Origin: a virus
Lineage: Duplodnaviria; Caudoviricetes
IMG/VR virus record: IMGVR_UViG_3300020441_000430
Span: 1-38,692 of that record
Direction: 5' to 3' (one strand)
Length of the DNA stretch: 38,692 nt
Positions within the stretch are counted from its first letter, which is position 1; each line of letters opens with the position of its first letter. Shown here one piece after another: positions 9,340-17,465 of this stretch. Under the pieces are notes generated by a model. That model was not told the origin of the DNA and made no database searches. It worked only from the letters and a program-made list of their open reading frames with translations. The translations under genes and the position numbers were made by a program.

Positions 9340-10632
9340 TTATCTCTTTTTAAGGTTTAATTGTGCTTCTTTCCATGCAGTTGCATTTTTGTTACCAGGA
9401 AATGCAGAAACCCATGTCATCATCTTAGAGTATAGTCTAGTAGTTTTTTTCTCTAGCGCAGATAAAGTATCGTCATTTGTGATTGTCATGAAATCTTTAC
9501 CAAACAATGTCATCATAGCTTTCATATTCTTTTGAACTTTTTCCCACTCACCTTGAACAATTGCAGGCGCAAGTTTTCTTGGTCTTGCCTCGTTTCTCTG
9601 TTGTGCAAACTCTAAACTTGTATTTACAAAGATCATTTTAGATTCATAACCTAATGCATCTAATTGTTTCTTATAGTTTCTAATTTTAGTTGCTCTTGCA
9701 GATGTTGTATCAAAAATTACACCTAATCGACCTGCGAGATAACCATCTAAAGCTTTTGCAGTTAGATTTTTTGCCCTTGTTCTGATAGGTTCTTTGACTG
9801 GTTCAGGCGTTGTTCTCAAATCTAAACTAAGACCTGCCTTTTTTAAACCATTTTCAAATGCTTTGTCTGAGTTTACCTTTTTTAAACCTAAAGTTGATAG
9901 TGATAGACCATCAACGACTGTAGATTTACCAGAACCAGGACCACCCATAAGAAATACTGCCTTGAATATGCCTGGGTCATATACACCCTCTGTAATCATG
10001 TCTTTCATCATATATTCAGGTAATGTTCCTTCTGCGATGCCCATGCCTTTACGGACATCTTTGTATAATTGTTCTGCCTCTCTAGTATTTCTGGTCGGCA
10101 CACCTTGTTTGAATGAATCTAAGTCGCCCTTTTCTGCGAATGCTCTCATCTTACTTGCACTCATGCCTGATACATCATCTGCATCTGCATCTCTCTCACC
10201 TGCACTAACGATTTCTATATTATTAAACTTATAAAAACCATGACGACCTTTTACTGAGTTATATTTCTTTAGTAATGTATCAAACTCTCTGATTCTATCT
10301 GAACCTACAACCATGTATATGTCTCGATATCCTTGATTGTATAAAGCAGTTGCGATATCAAATACAGTTCTTGCACTCACATCTGGCACACCTATTTTTT
10401 TACCAAAAAACTTTCTGAGATATTTTACTTTGACTTTATGTGGTAAAGGATTCTTTTTCTTATCATTAGAATGTGATGTAAATATCATCGGGTCACCACC
10501 TGCCGTTCTCGCAACTTTAGATAATCTCTCTGCTAATTTTGCATGACCTGTTGTGGGTGGGTTAAAGCGACCAAAAGAAAAGACTGCTGGCCTATCTTTT
10601 GCTTCTCTTAAAAATTTGTGATATGTCTTCAT
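9340..10632 (-). CDS. cytidyltransferase-like nucleotidyltransferase fused to P-loop (zeta toxin/PNK-like) kinase
   Basis: FGRFNPPTTGH (HIGH-like), VVGSDR and MSASKMR motifs; C-terminal FLMGGPGSGKS Walker A and later RN..R.R lid motif. Confidence 0.8.
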   Translation of the reverse strand: MKTYHKFLREAKDRPAVFSFGRFNPPTTGHAKLAERLSKVARTAGGDPMIFTSHSNDKKKNPLPHKVKVKYLRKFFGKKIGVPDVSARTVFDIATALYNQGYRDIYMVVGSDRIREFDTLLKKYNSVKGRHGFYKFNNIEIVSAGERDADADDVSGMSASKMRAFAEKGDLDSFKQGVPTRNTREAEQLYKDVRKGMGIAEGTLPEYMMKDMITEGVYDPGIFKAVFLMGGPGSGKSTVVDGLSLSTLGLKKVNSDKAFENGLKKAGLSLDLRTTPEPVKEPIRTRAKNLTAKALDGYLAGRLGVIFDTTSARATKIRNYKKQLDALGYESKMIFVNTSLEFAQQRNEARPRKLAPAIVQGEWEKVQKNMKAMMTLFGKDFMTITNDDTLSALEKKTTRLYSKMMTWVSAFPGNKNATAWKEAQLNLKKR

Positions 10633-10955
10633 TTATTCTTTTCCTTAGTCTTCTTCTTCATCTTGTCTATGTATTTTCTATACACAGCGGCTTCTGATGT
10701 TTTACCCATTTCTCTTGCTCTTTGTTCCATTGCAACAGCGGCCTGTATTTTGTGTGCATGTTTTCTGCCTGAGTTTTCAATTTTCTTTACACTTGCCTCA
10801 GCAGTTGCAACATCTTTAAAACCTAAACCTTGTATTGTATCTTTAGGATTTTCATCTGTATATAAATCAGAATGTTTCTTAGAATTTGCAGGTTGACCTT
10901 TCTTTCTAGGTATTCTAGGATTATCTTCTTCTGTATATTCTCTAAACGACTTCAT
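10629..10955 (-). CDS. conserved hypothetical protein with capsid-targeting-like leader
   Basis: MKSFREYTEE start; DLYTDENPKDTI.GLGFKD motif. Confidence 0.6.
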   Translation of the reverse strand: MKSFREYTEEDNPRIPRKKGQPANSKKHSDLYTDENPKDTIQGLGFKDVATAEASVKKIENSGRKHAHKIQAAVAMEQRAREMGKTSEAAVYRKYIDKMKKKTKEKNK

Positions 10956-11701
10956 TTGTTCCTAATATTTCCTATTGCATCTGTGTATGCAAGTGTAAGA
11001 GGTAATAAATCTTTTATTGGTAAATCTATCTTCATACAATTAACTTTAATTTTTGGGTTAATTAAAACAGTTGTCAAGAATCTGTGATGTCCATCAATAA
11101 TTCTATTGTCTTTAGAGACTATGAAGTTATTGAACTTAGATGTTAAAAAGTTTTTAGATGATTCTACGCCATCTTTAGATACTTTTTTAATTGATTTATC
11201 AAAGTATATCTGTGCCTGTATAGGTTTTAGATTACCAACTGCAATCTTCTCATTTGATACTTTTACTATATCATCTTTTGGGTCACCATCTGCTTTTGCA
11301 AGACCACTGCTAACCCATACTTTACCTGTCTTTTGATCTAGACCTTGTGGATATGGGTCATCGGGAAGTTCGTTCTTTGCAAAAGGTTTGTTAATGTCTA
11401 TCGAACCTGATGATAATCTTTTCTGTAATAAATTTACATCTCTATTATCAATAACAGGCATATCTTTTCTTTGTGCAAATCCTAACTTCGCACTTCTCTG
11501 TGCAAGTGTATAATTCTTGTCAAAATCAGGAAGTTCTTTATCTAATTCAAAACCATTTGCACTAAATTTTTTTTCTGCAAAACTTCTTGCAATATTTAAA
11601 GATGTAGATAATATTTCTAATTTACCTGCTTCTGCACCACCTTTTTTCTCTGCAAGTATGGTTGTTAATTCGTCTGTTATATATTCTAGAAAACTAAACA
11701 T
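10952..11701 (-). CDS. ParB/Sulfiredoxin-like domain protein
   Basis: L.P.Q and IVS.D..IIDGHHR motifs; likely start ATG 11701 (MFSFLEYITDE) overlapping the upstream stop. Confidence 0.65.
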   Translation of the reverse strand: MFSFLEYITDELTTILAEKKGGAEAGKLEILSTSLNIARSFAEKKFSANGFELDKELPDFDKNYTLAQRSAKLGFAQRKDMPVIDNRDVNLLQKRLSSGSIDINKPFAKNELPDDPYPQGLDQKTGKVWVSSGLAKADGDPKDDIVKVSNEKIAVGNLKPIQAQIYFDKSIKKVSKDGVESSKNFLTSKFNNFIVSKDNRIIDGHHRFLTTVLINPKIKVNCMKIDLPIKDLLPLTLAYTDAIGNIRNK

Positions 11702-12909
11702 TATTTGTCCCAATTTTTAGCAACTGTAAAGTTATTTAGTGAGAACTCCATACGATCTACCAACTTCACTGCCTTTCCTTCTTTATCAATCGCAACATAT
11801 CCTTCTGGATTTACTGTCTTTAACCCTGTGTCTGTTCTTACAAATGTGCCAACTGATTTTGCCTTGTTTAAACCTTTTATTACTATGTCTTTTGCGATTA
11901 CTAATTGAGTTTGAAATATGGTCAATGCATCTATAAAAACTCTCATTGCAAGTAATTCTCTTCTCAGTTGTTCACCCATTTTTCTTTTCTGTTCTTTAGT
12001 TTTTTCTAATTTAACTTTACCAACTACACTTTTCTTCCAATAGTCATCAAAATGTTTTAGATATGCCTTGTAAGATAAATCAAATTTACCTTTACGAATC
12101 TGTGTATTGACATATGTTTTGTATGTGGCGCCTGCACCTTTTTTTGCAATGGTTTCTTGCACTTTCTGAAACTTAATTAGTGTTGCTCGTTTGATTTTTT
12201 GAAATGCTTTACCTGTATTTGTTAGAGATTTTGTTAATGCAAGAGTTTCTTTTGCAGTAAGTGTAGAATTACCCGATACATCTTTATATGATGCATCATC
12301 TAACCAGATATCGGAGGAGGCTCCAAGTGTTGAAATATCTACGCCAAAACTGGCACTTAAATCTGCAATGGTGCCACCAGAATACGATGTATGAAATACT
12401 ATTCCGTATTTTGCGTTGTCGATTGTTTGACCTAATTTGCTATCTTTTTGTATTGCGTATAGTATTGTGTTAGGTTGAAATGTGATGTAGTCTACATCAT
12501 CTATTGTTTGTTCTTTCTTATCACTATCTGTAAACATTAGATCGCCTTGAAATATCTTATCACCCCATGATAATTTTGATAGATACTTATATGATTCTAA
12601 GAACTTAGTCTCTAGATCACCAGATAACTCTGATGCATTCTTGATTTCTGATTCTGATGTGTAGAATAAAGGTTCTTTATTGAATAGTGATTTCTTTGCG
12701 ACAAAGAATCTGCCGTCTTCTGGATGTTTTCCTGCCCATATTGCAGGTGCACCATCCCATTTAACAGTCATGTTGACTTTTGACTTAGAGTTGCCTTTCA
12801 TCATATCTCTAAGTGATCTCACAAAATTGATAGCTGCACGACCGCCATCGATACCATTATTAATGATTTCGTCTTCTAAGTGTTCTAAATGTAAATTCTT
12901 GACTGCCAT
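11701..12909 (-). CDS. DUF6267-like protein with ATP-dependent (RNA) ligase-type motifs
   Basis: HLEHLED start; TVKWDG (motif I KxDG), QGDLMF, PEGYV (motif IV), VKLV (motif V). Confidence 0.7.
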   Translation of the reverse strand: MAVKNLHLEHLEDEIINNGIDGGRAAINFVRSLRDMMKGNSKSKVNMTVKWDGAPAIWAGKHPEDGRFFVAKKSLFNKEPLFYTSESEIKNASELSGDLETKFLESYKYLSKLSWGDKIFQGDLMFTDSDKKEQTIDDVDYITFQPNTILYAIQKDSKLGQTIDNAKYGIVFHTSYSGGTIADLSASFGVDISTLGASSDIWLDDASYKDVSGNSTLTAKETLALTKSLTNTGKAFQKIKRATLIKFQKVQETIAKKGAGATYKTYVNTQIRKGKFDLSYKAYLKHFDDYWKKSVVGKVKLEKTKEQKRKMGEQLRRELLAMRVFIDALTIFQTQLVIAKDIVIKGLNKAKSVGTFVRTDTGLKTVNPEGYVAIDKEGKAVKLVDRMEFSLNNFTVAKNWDK

Positions 12910-12940
12910 AGTAATATATCACAAAAATGTGTAATACTAC

Positions 12941-12946
12941 TATTTA
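12941..12946 (-). promoter_or_regulatory. late promoter core heading the ligase-like operon
   Basis: TAAATA; the same core recurs at gene boundaries 658-663, 1068-1073, 9337-9342, 13379-13384, 13566-13571, 29299-29304, 38348-38353. Confidence 0.55.
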
Positions 12947-12950
12947 TGAT

Positions 12951-13358
12951 TTAATCGACCGCTGGACAAGGATTCTGAAATATACCAACACATGGGTCAG
13001 GTTCACCCTCATCTATTATCTTTTGTATTCTAGGAACTTTAGTATTATATTGATCTATGATTGTCTGAATATTTGAGGCCTCAGCATATAATTCATCATC
13101 TGATAAATCTTTAACAGCGTTCCACATACTAAACAATTGTAGATCATTAGAGTCTGCTGAACCATCTGATGTTGGATTTGCAGTTCTCCATGCCTCACAA
13201 AAACCTTTTATACCAGTATCAGTTGTGCATGTAAATCCACAATAAGTTCTTTCTACTGCTGATGTAGAATCTTTAACAGCCAATAAACCCTCTTTTAAAT
13301 TAGTATAGAAACCTATTTTGTAATCGTAATCTGCCTTTATGTCTGTGTATACACCCAT
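12951..13358 (-). CDS. hypothetical protein
   Basis: 135 aa; AGGAG SD; TAAATA at 13379-13384. Confidence 0.6.
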   Translation of the reverse strand: MGVYTDIKADYDYKIGFYTNLKEGLLAVKDSTSAVERTYCGFTCTTDTGIKGFCEAWRTANPTSDGSADSNDLQLFSMWNAVKDLSDDELYAEASNIQTIIDQYNTKVPRIQKIIDEGEPDPCVGIFQNPCPAVD

Positions 13359-13381
13359 AATTTCTCCTGTAATATTACTAT

Positions 13382-13555
13382 TTAGTTTTTTGAGAGCGGG
13401 CGTGAGTGTAATTTGTCTTCTATTTGAGCAATTTTTTGTGAGACGATTTCTACTTTGCGTTCCTCACCATTTTGTTTGAATGAACGAAGTTCTCTCTTTA
13501 GTTGAACCTTTTGAGATATTAGATTTATTACTTCGTTCGATTTCAAGTTTTTCAT
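13382..13555 (-). CDS. small coiled-coil hypothetical protein (57 aa, not in ORF track)
   Basis: Manual translation MKNLKSNEVINLISQKVQLKRELRSFKQNGEERKVEIVSQKIAQIEDKLHSRPLSKN; TAAATA at 13566-13571 just upstream. Confidence 0.6.
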   Translation of the reverse strand: MKNLKSNEVINLISQKVQLKRELRSFKQNGEERKVEIVSQKIAQIEDKLHSRPLSKN

Positions 13556-13589
13556 AATGTAGTATTATTTATCCCTACCATTATATAAC

Positions 13590-13618
13590 AAAAAAACCAC
13601 CTTGAAAAGGTGGTTTTT
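13590..13618 (-). terminator. intrinsic terminator closing the large non-coding transcript
   Basis: Minus strand AAAAACCACCTT-TTC-AAGGTGGTTTTTTT: hairpin plus U-tract, symmetric so possibly bidirectional. Confidence 0.75.
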
Positions 13619-14825
13619 AAGGTAGTTTGTGTTTTAATATGTCGTCTGACTCTACTAACAATCGACATGTGCAATTATTGTTCTAAAGTTTTGAATGGGT
13701 CTATTAGAACTCGGCGCTCCGCCGAAACACTTAGACCAACCTTACGGTTCAACAAGACCTACATCCATCCAATACCTAATAAGCAGTGTTCTGATCTTGT
13801 CTATCTATTTAAAGTAGGGGAGGGGGCTCCTTCTCCTCACCATTCTTGCGCTACCCAGACTGCTTTAAATAAAATTCAATAAGGTGAAGTTCGATTGAAA
13901 CTACTCGGCGTTTCGAACCACTGTTTCGTTTCCATCCTGAGTGAGATATTAAATCTCCCTACTAACTGTTAGACGACTATACTCTCTTATTCTCCAAGAA
14001 TCTAACACTGCAAGCAACCATCGTTTTGCATCTCACATCTATAACTTATCGTCATACTCTAACTCAGGAGTTTTTTCTACGCTCGGATTCTGTATAGGTC
14101 TCCGACTATCTGATTGTTGCACGCTTGAGTCTCATCTCTTGTTTTCACAACAACCAGTCAACACGCTTCCATCTTGTATTCGTATATCACCACTCTATCA
14201 CCCTAGCAACTCTAAATTAACCAATCTACTGACAGGAATGCATAATGCCCTCGCCATGAGTCAACCGATGATAGTTCTTTTGTCAACATTCTTGCTACTC
14301 AACTGGACTCCTCGATCTGGTCTCATTCTGACTTAGGTTAGTTTCAGAACTCAATCGACATCGGTGTCTTGCAATTCTCACAATTTTTGAAACTGATACT
14401 CTTCGTAATTCACCATGGTGAATCCTCAAAGTTTTAACAATGAGTTCAGTTAAAGAAATTATATGACCGCTCTCGCTCGAATAGTGAAGTAGTTAATCAG
14501 TTATATTGGGAAGCACTAGGGCAACCCTCACTGTTGTGTTCTTACCCACAAACTCTACGATTTACGATAAGTCTTATGCTCTATGTTCAACCTCTATTTC
14601 AAGGCCAATGGCAGTTCAGAAAGATTAGGACCACTTCTCTACACACCTCTGTGTGGCAGGAATCGAACCTGCGATCTCTCAGCGACTTTTGAACTTCTAG
14701 TGACTGTTTCTAATGATAAGCAACCCTCTCGGTGTCATGTGGACTAAATCCTTATCAAGTAAAGTTTCTCTAATTTTTAAAAGGTCGCACTTTCAAGCCC
14801 TTTGATGTTTAAGTGTTATCTCACT
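13590..14825 (-). ncRNA. candidate large (~1.2 kb) structured non-coding RNA
   Basis: No ORF of 60 aa or more on the minus strand; strong promoter upstream and terminator downstream; many hairpins, GNRA loops, a T-loop arm and long-range complementary segments. Confidence 0.7.
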
Positions 14826-14831
14826 ATGGAT

Positions 14832-14861
14832 AGTATACTAAAAAGTTGATGTCATTGTCAA
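14832..14861 (-). promoter_or_regulatory. sigma70-type promoter driving the large ncRNA
   Basis: TTGACA-18 nt-TATACT on the minus strand. Confidence 0.75.
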
Positions 14862-14878
14862 CCTTTTGGCGAAAATAA

Positions 14879-15037
14879 TTACACTTTTTTTTCTTTAGAT
14901 TTCATCCATTCTTCAACTATGAAGAATGATTCTTGTTTGTCTAAATCAAACATATCTCTCAGCACTCTAGGTGCCTCAAACATATTTATTTTACCAGACT
15001 CTTGTATGTCATCCAGGAACATGAAGAAAGTTTCCAT
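14879..15037 (-). CDS. small conserved phage protein (52 aa, not in ORF track)
   Basis: METFFMFLDDIQESGKINMFEAPRVLRDMFDLDKQESFFIVEEWMKSKEKKV; LD..ESG..NMF.A motif common in phage small proteins; ATG overlaps upstream stop; GGAG SD. Confidence 0.65.
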   Translation of the reverse strand: METFFMFLDDIQESGKINMFEAPRVLRDMFDLDKQESFFIVEEWMKSKEKKV

Positions 15038-15501
15038 TAAAAATCTCCGTCTGCAACTTGAACTACAACAAAACCCTCATCTCTCCACATGTCAACAACA
15101 CATTGTCTATCATCGAAGATAAGATCGATTTTGCCACCCATATCTAAAAACTTGTTTGCAATTTCTCTTTTGAACTCAACATCACTTCTGTAATCACCGT
15201 CAGGTCTTAAAAATAAACCTTTGTGACCATCACCAATCCATTCTGAAATTTGACTCTCGGTGATCTCCCTTTGTGATTCGTTTCTTGCACTAAAGAATGC
15301 AACTTCATCTCCACTTGCGATGAATCTTTTTGCAATGTCACACACCCATTGAATAGGTGTATCGTTTACTGTCTCTTCTCTAAATCTGTCCCAATCTTTT
15401 GCTTGTGAACCATCAACAAAACATCTACGATGTTCACAATCAGCAATAGTGCCGTCTACATCGAAGATAATTGTTTGATTAATAATTCTTTCTTTTCTCA
15501 T
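15037..15501 (-). CDS. HAD-family phosphatase resembling the PseT/Pnkp 3'-phosphatase domain
   Basis: IIFDVDGT, FSAR, LR..GD.R.D...K and FDDR motifs; start moved to ATG 15501. Confidence 0.8.
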   Translation of the reverse strand: MRKERIINQTIIFDVDGTIADCEHRRCFVDGSQAKDWDRFREETVNDTPIQWVCDIAKRFIASGDEVAFFSARNESQREITESQISEWIGDGHKGLFLRPDGDYRSDVEFKREIANKFLDMGGKIDLIFDDRQCVVDMWRDEGFVVVQVADGDF

Positions 15502-15728
15502 TAGTGAAACTCCTTCCATTCACCATCTATAGAAATTTTTTCTATATGCATTTTACCGATAGGGTTCATAAAACCATGTTCTGGTAATTTAGAACACATT
15601 AAGTCCCAATCATCGCCATCGCCTAAAGCGAGTTCTGATAATACATCAGGTATAGGTATCTCAATAACAGCACCGTCATTGACAACGCCATTGTAAATTG
15701 GAAAACCTTTTATTTTTACTTTTTTCAT
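15501..15728 (-). CDS. hypothetical protein
   Basis: 75 aa directly downstream of a sigma70 promoter. Confidence 0.55.
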   Translation of the reverse strand: MKKVKIKGFPIYNGVVNDGAVIEIPIPDVLSELALGDGDDWDLMCSKLPEHGFMNPIGKMHIEKISIDGEWKEFH

Positions 15729-15734
15729 ACTGTT

Positions 15735-15764
15735 AGTATATCAAAAAGTGAGACCTATTGTCAA
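15735..15764 (-). promoter_or_regulatory. sigma70-type early promoter
   Basis: TTGACA-18 nt-TATACT, same architecture as 14832-14861. Confidence 0.7.
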
Positions 15765-16231
15765 GCGTATTTGGCGTTGCCTCTAAGTGCAAAGTATAGA
15801 CCACCAACATATAAACTGACATGTAGATAGTCTTTATAGATTACATCCCATAGACTAGCAGGACTCAGAATCCATATAACACCTGTTGCAATACAAGTCA
15901 TAGTGATACCACTAAAACGAGTCAACAAATCTCCTAGTTCTTCTGTAATATTTCTAAATTTAGGTGAATATCTGCCGATTCTTGCAATAAAGAAATGTCT
16001 AGCATGCCATGGTATGAGACCAAAAAGTCCACCTACAATCAAACCTATAGCAGAACCAATCTCACCATATGTGACAAACCACCATACGATATATGGCAAA
16101 CCCCATGCCTCTGCTGTTGCACCTGTGACAGGAAGTTTACTAAGACCTTGTTGCAAGAACATTGCAGATAATGGTATTCTTAAAAAGAATGTGGCAATCG
16201 GTGCCGATATTTTAGGTATTATCTCTCTCAT
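15761..16231 (-). CDS. DoxX-family membrane protein
   Basis: LRIPL...F...G..K and E...AIGLI.G motifs; several TM segments; start moved to ATG 16231. Confidence 0.7.
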   Translation of the reverse strand: MREIIPKISAPIATFFLRIPLSAMFLQQGLSKLPVTGATAEAWGLPYIVWWFVTYGEIGSAIGLIVGGLFGLIPWHARHFFIARIGRYSPKFRNITEELGDLLTRFSGITMTCIATGVIWILSPASLWDVIYKDYLHVSLYVGGLYFALRGNAKYA

Positions 16232-16664
16232 ATGACCAATAATAATGTTCGTTCTCTTCGATATAAGGACCTTTTTCAAATCCCCATTTTGTCATTATAC
16301 CATTTGCAGCTAGATTATCTTTATGTGTGTATGCATGTATTCTATCATGATATTGTGTGACGATAGGCATTATTAAATCCATAACACCTTGATTTTGATA
16401 TGTAAAATGTGTGCATACATCTATTGCTAAACATGATAATTCATCATCAAGGTCATCCACAAGATGAAAATCATTCACACATATAGAACCAATCCAATAA
16501 GCAATAGCAATATCATTTTCATCTACTACTACAAATGAGTCTGTTAAATTTTTACAAATAAACAACCATGTGTCAGCACTAAATCTTTTCTCACTTGAAT
16601 GACTTTCATGTTGAACTTTCCAACATGCCTCCCAATCTTTCTCCTGTATTCGTCTAACTTGCAT
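16212..16664 (-). CDS. GNAT-family acetyltransferase
   Basis: YQNQGV acyl-CoA motif and N.AA......WGF motif; likely start ATG 16664. Confidence 0.7.
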   Translation of the reverse strand: MQVRRIQEKDWEACWKVQHESHSSEKRFSADTWLFICKNLTDSFVVVDENDIAIAYWIGSICVNDFHLVDDLDDELSCLAIDVCTHFTYQNQGVMDLIMPIVTQYHDRIHAYTHKDNLAANGIMTKWGFEKGPYIEENEHYYWSYERDNT

Positions 16665-16839
16665 TTGCCATGATTTCATCTAACTGATCTGGTGTCAAAT
16701 CAGTTTTCAATTCAACAGTAAATGTATCTTCATTTTCATTGTGTGTCACAATAAACGGTATCTCGGTACCTGCCTCTTGTAATATACCGATGTTCTCGTT
16801 GAACTGTCGATAGTCATCTCTACTTAAAGTCGCAATCAT
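16654..16839 (-). CDS. hypothetical protein
   Basis: 61 aa; overlaps both neighbours; AGGAG SD. Confidence 0.55.
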   Translation of the reverse strand: MIATLSRDDYRQFNENIGILQEAGTEIPFIVTHNENEDTFTVELKTDLTPDQLDEIMANAS

Positions 16840-17465
16840 ATTGGTAAAACTCCTCTTTCTTCTACTTCTTTATTCTCAGGAAATAGTGTAGAAGGTTCAT
16901 CTATTTCCCCACTCTCAACTTTCTGATAGTGAACAAAATCTCTCCAGAAATCTTTGATTGATTTATGTATGTAAACTTTTGTTTTGCCAATCCAATTACC
17001 TTTTTTATCTCTGTAAATATATTTGTATTCATAAGTTATAGAACCGTCAGCATTTCTACTATGAATAGATGCAGGTCTCCCTGTATAATAACATCTAGGT
17101 GCTGTGACTTTCTTACTCATTGTTTCGCCTAACAAATTTGTTACCTGTTCACCTTTTAGATCGACTAGAGATTCTTTAAACTCTGACTTTTCAATCAAGT
17201 CTAAGACTTCTTCTGGTTCTACTTGCCATGTCTCTGAACCACTTGTAGGTTGACCAAATTCATTTTCCATTAAGTGTTTAAGTTTATTCTCGCACATTGT
17301 TAAAGAGTGCATAGATTTACTTGTATCTATTCTTAAAAACTCTTTAAGACCACCAGCAGTCGATCTGTGTGTCAACATTCTATCGTCTATGTCTTCAGCT
17401 TTTCCTATTTTGACATGGGGAAGTCCATCTTCATCCCAATTACAAAAACCATATAGACCTATCAT
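16836..17465 (-). CDS. GIY-YIG/T5orf172-like nuclease-domain protein
   Basis: LYGF...VKIG.A....DR...E....H....SETW pattern in N-terminal half. Confidence 0.55.
   Translation of the reverse strand: MIGLYGFCNWDEDGLPHVKIGKAEDIDDRMLTHRSTAGGLKEFLRIDTSKSMHSLTMCENKLKHLMENEFGQPTSGSETWQVEPEEVLDLIEKSEFKESLVDLKGEQVTNLLGETMSKKVTAPRCYYTGRPASIHSRNADGSITYEYKYIYRDKKGNWIGKTKVYIHKSIKDFWRDFVHYQKVESGEIDEPSTLFPENKEVEERGVLPI

Noticed and set aside
13610-14336. Plus-strand ORFs 13610-13882 and 14139-14336 in the non-coding region
   Set aside because: Non-ATG starts, no SD, opposite to the promoter direction, no protein-like features; better explained as antisense to a structured RNA
14620-14720. Complete tRNA gene around the T-arm at 14656-14672
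   Set aside because: No acceptor stem, anticodon arm or CCA could be built; kept only as an isolated T-arm
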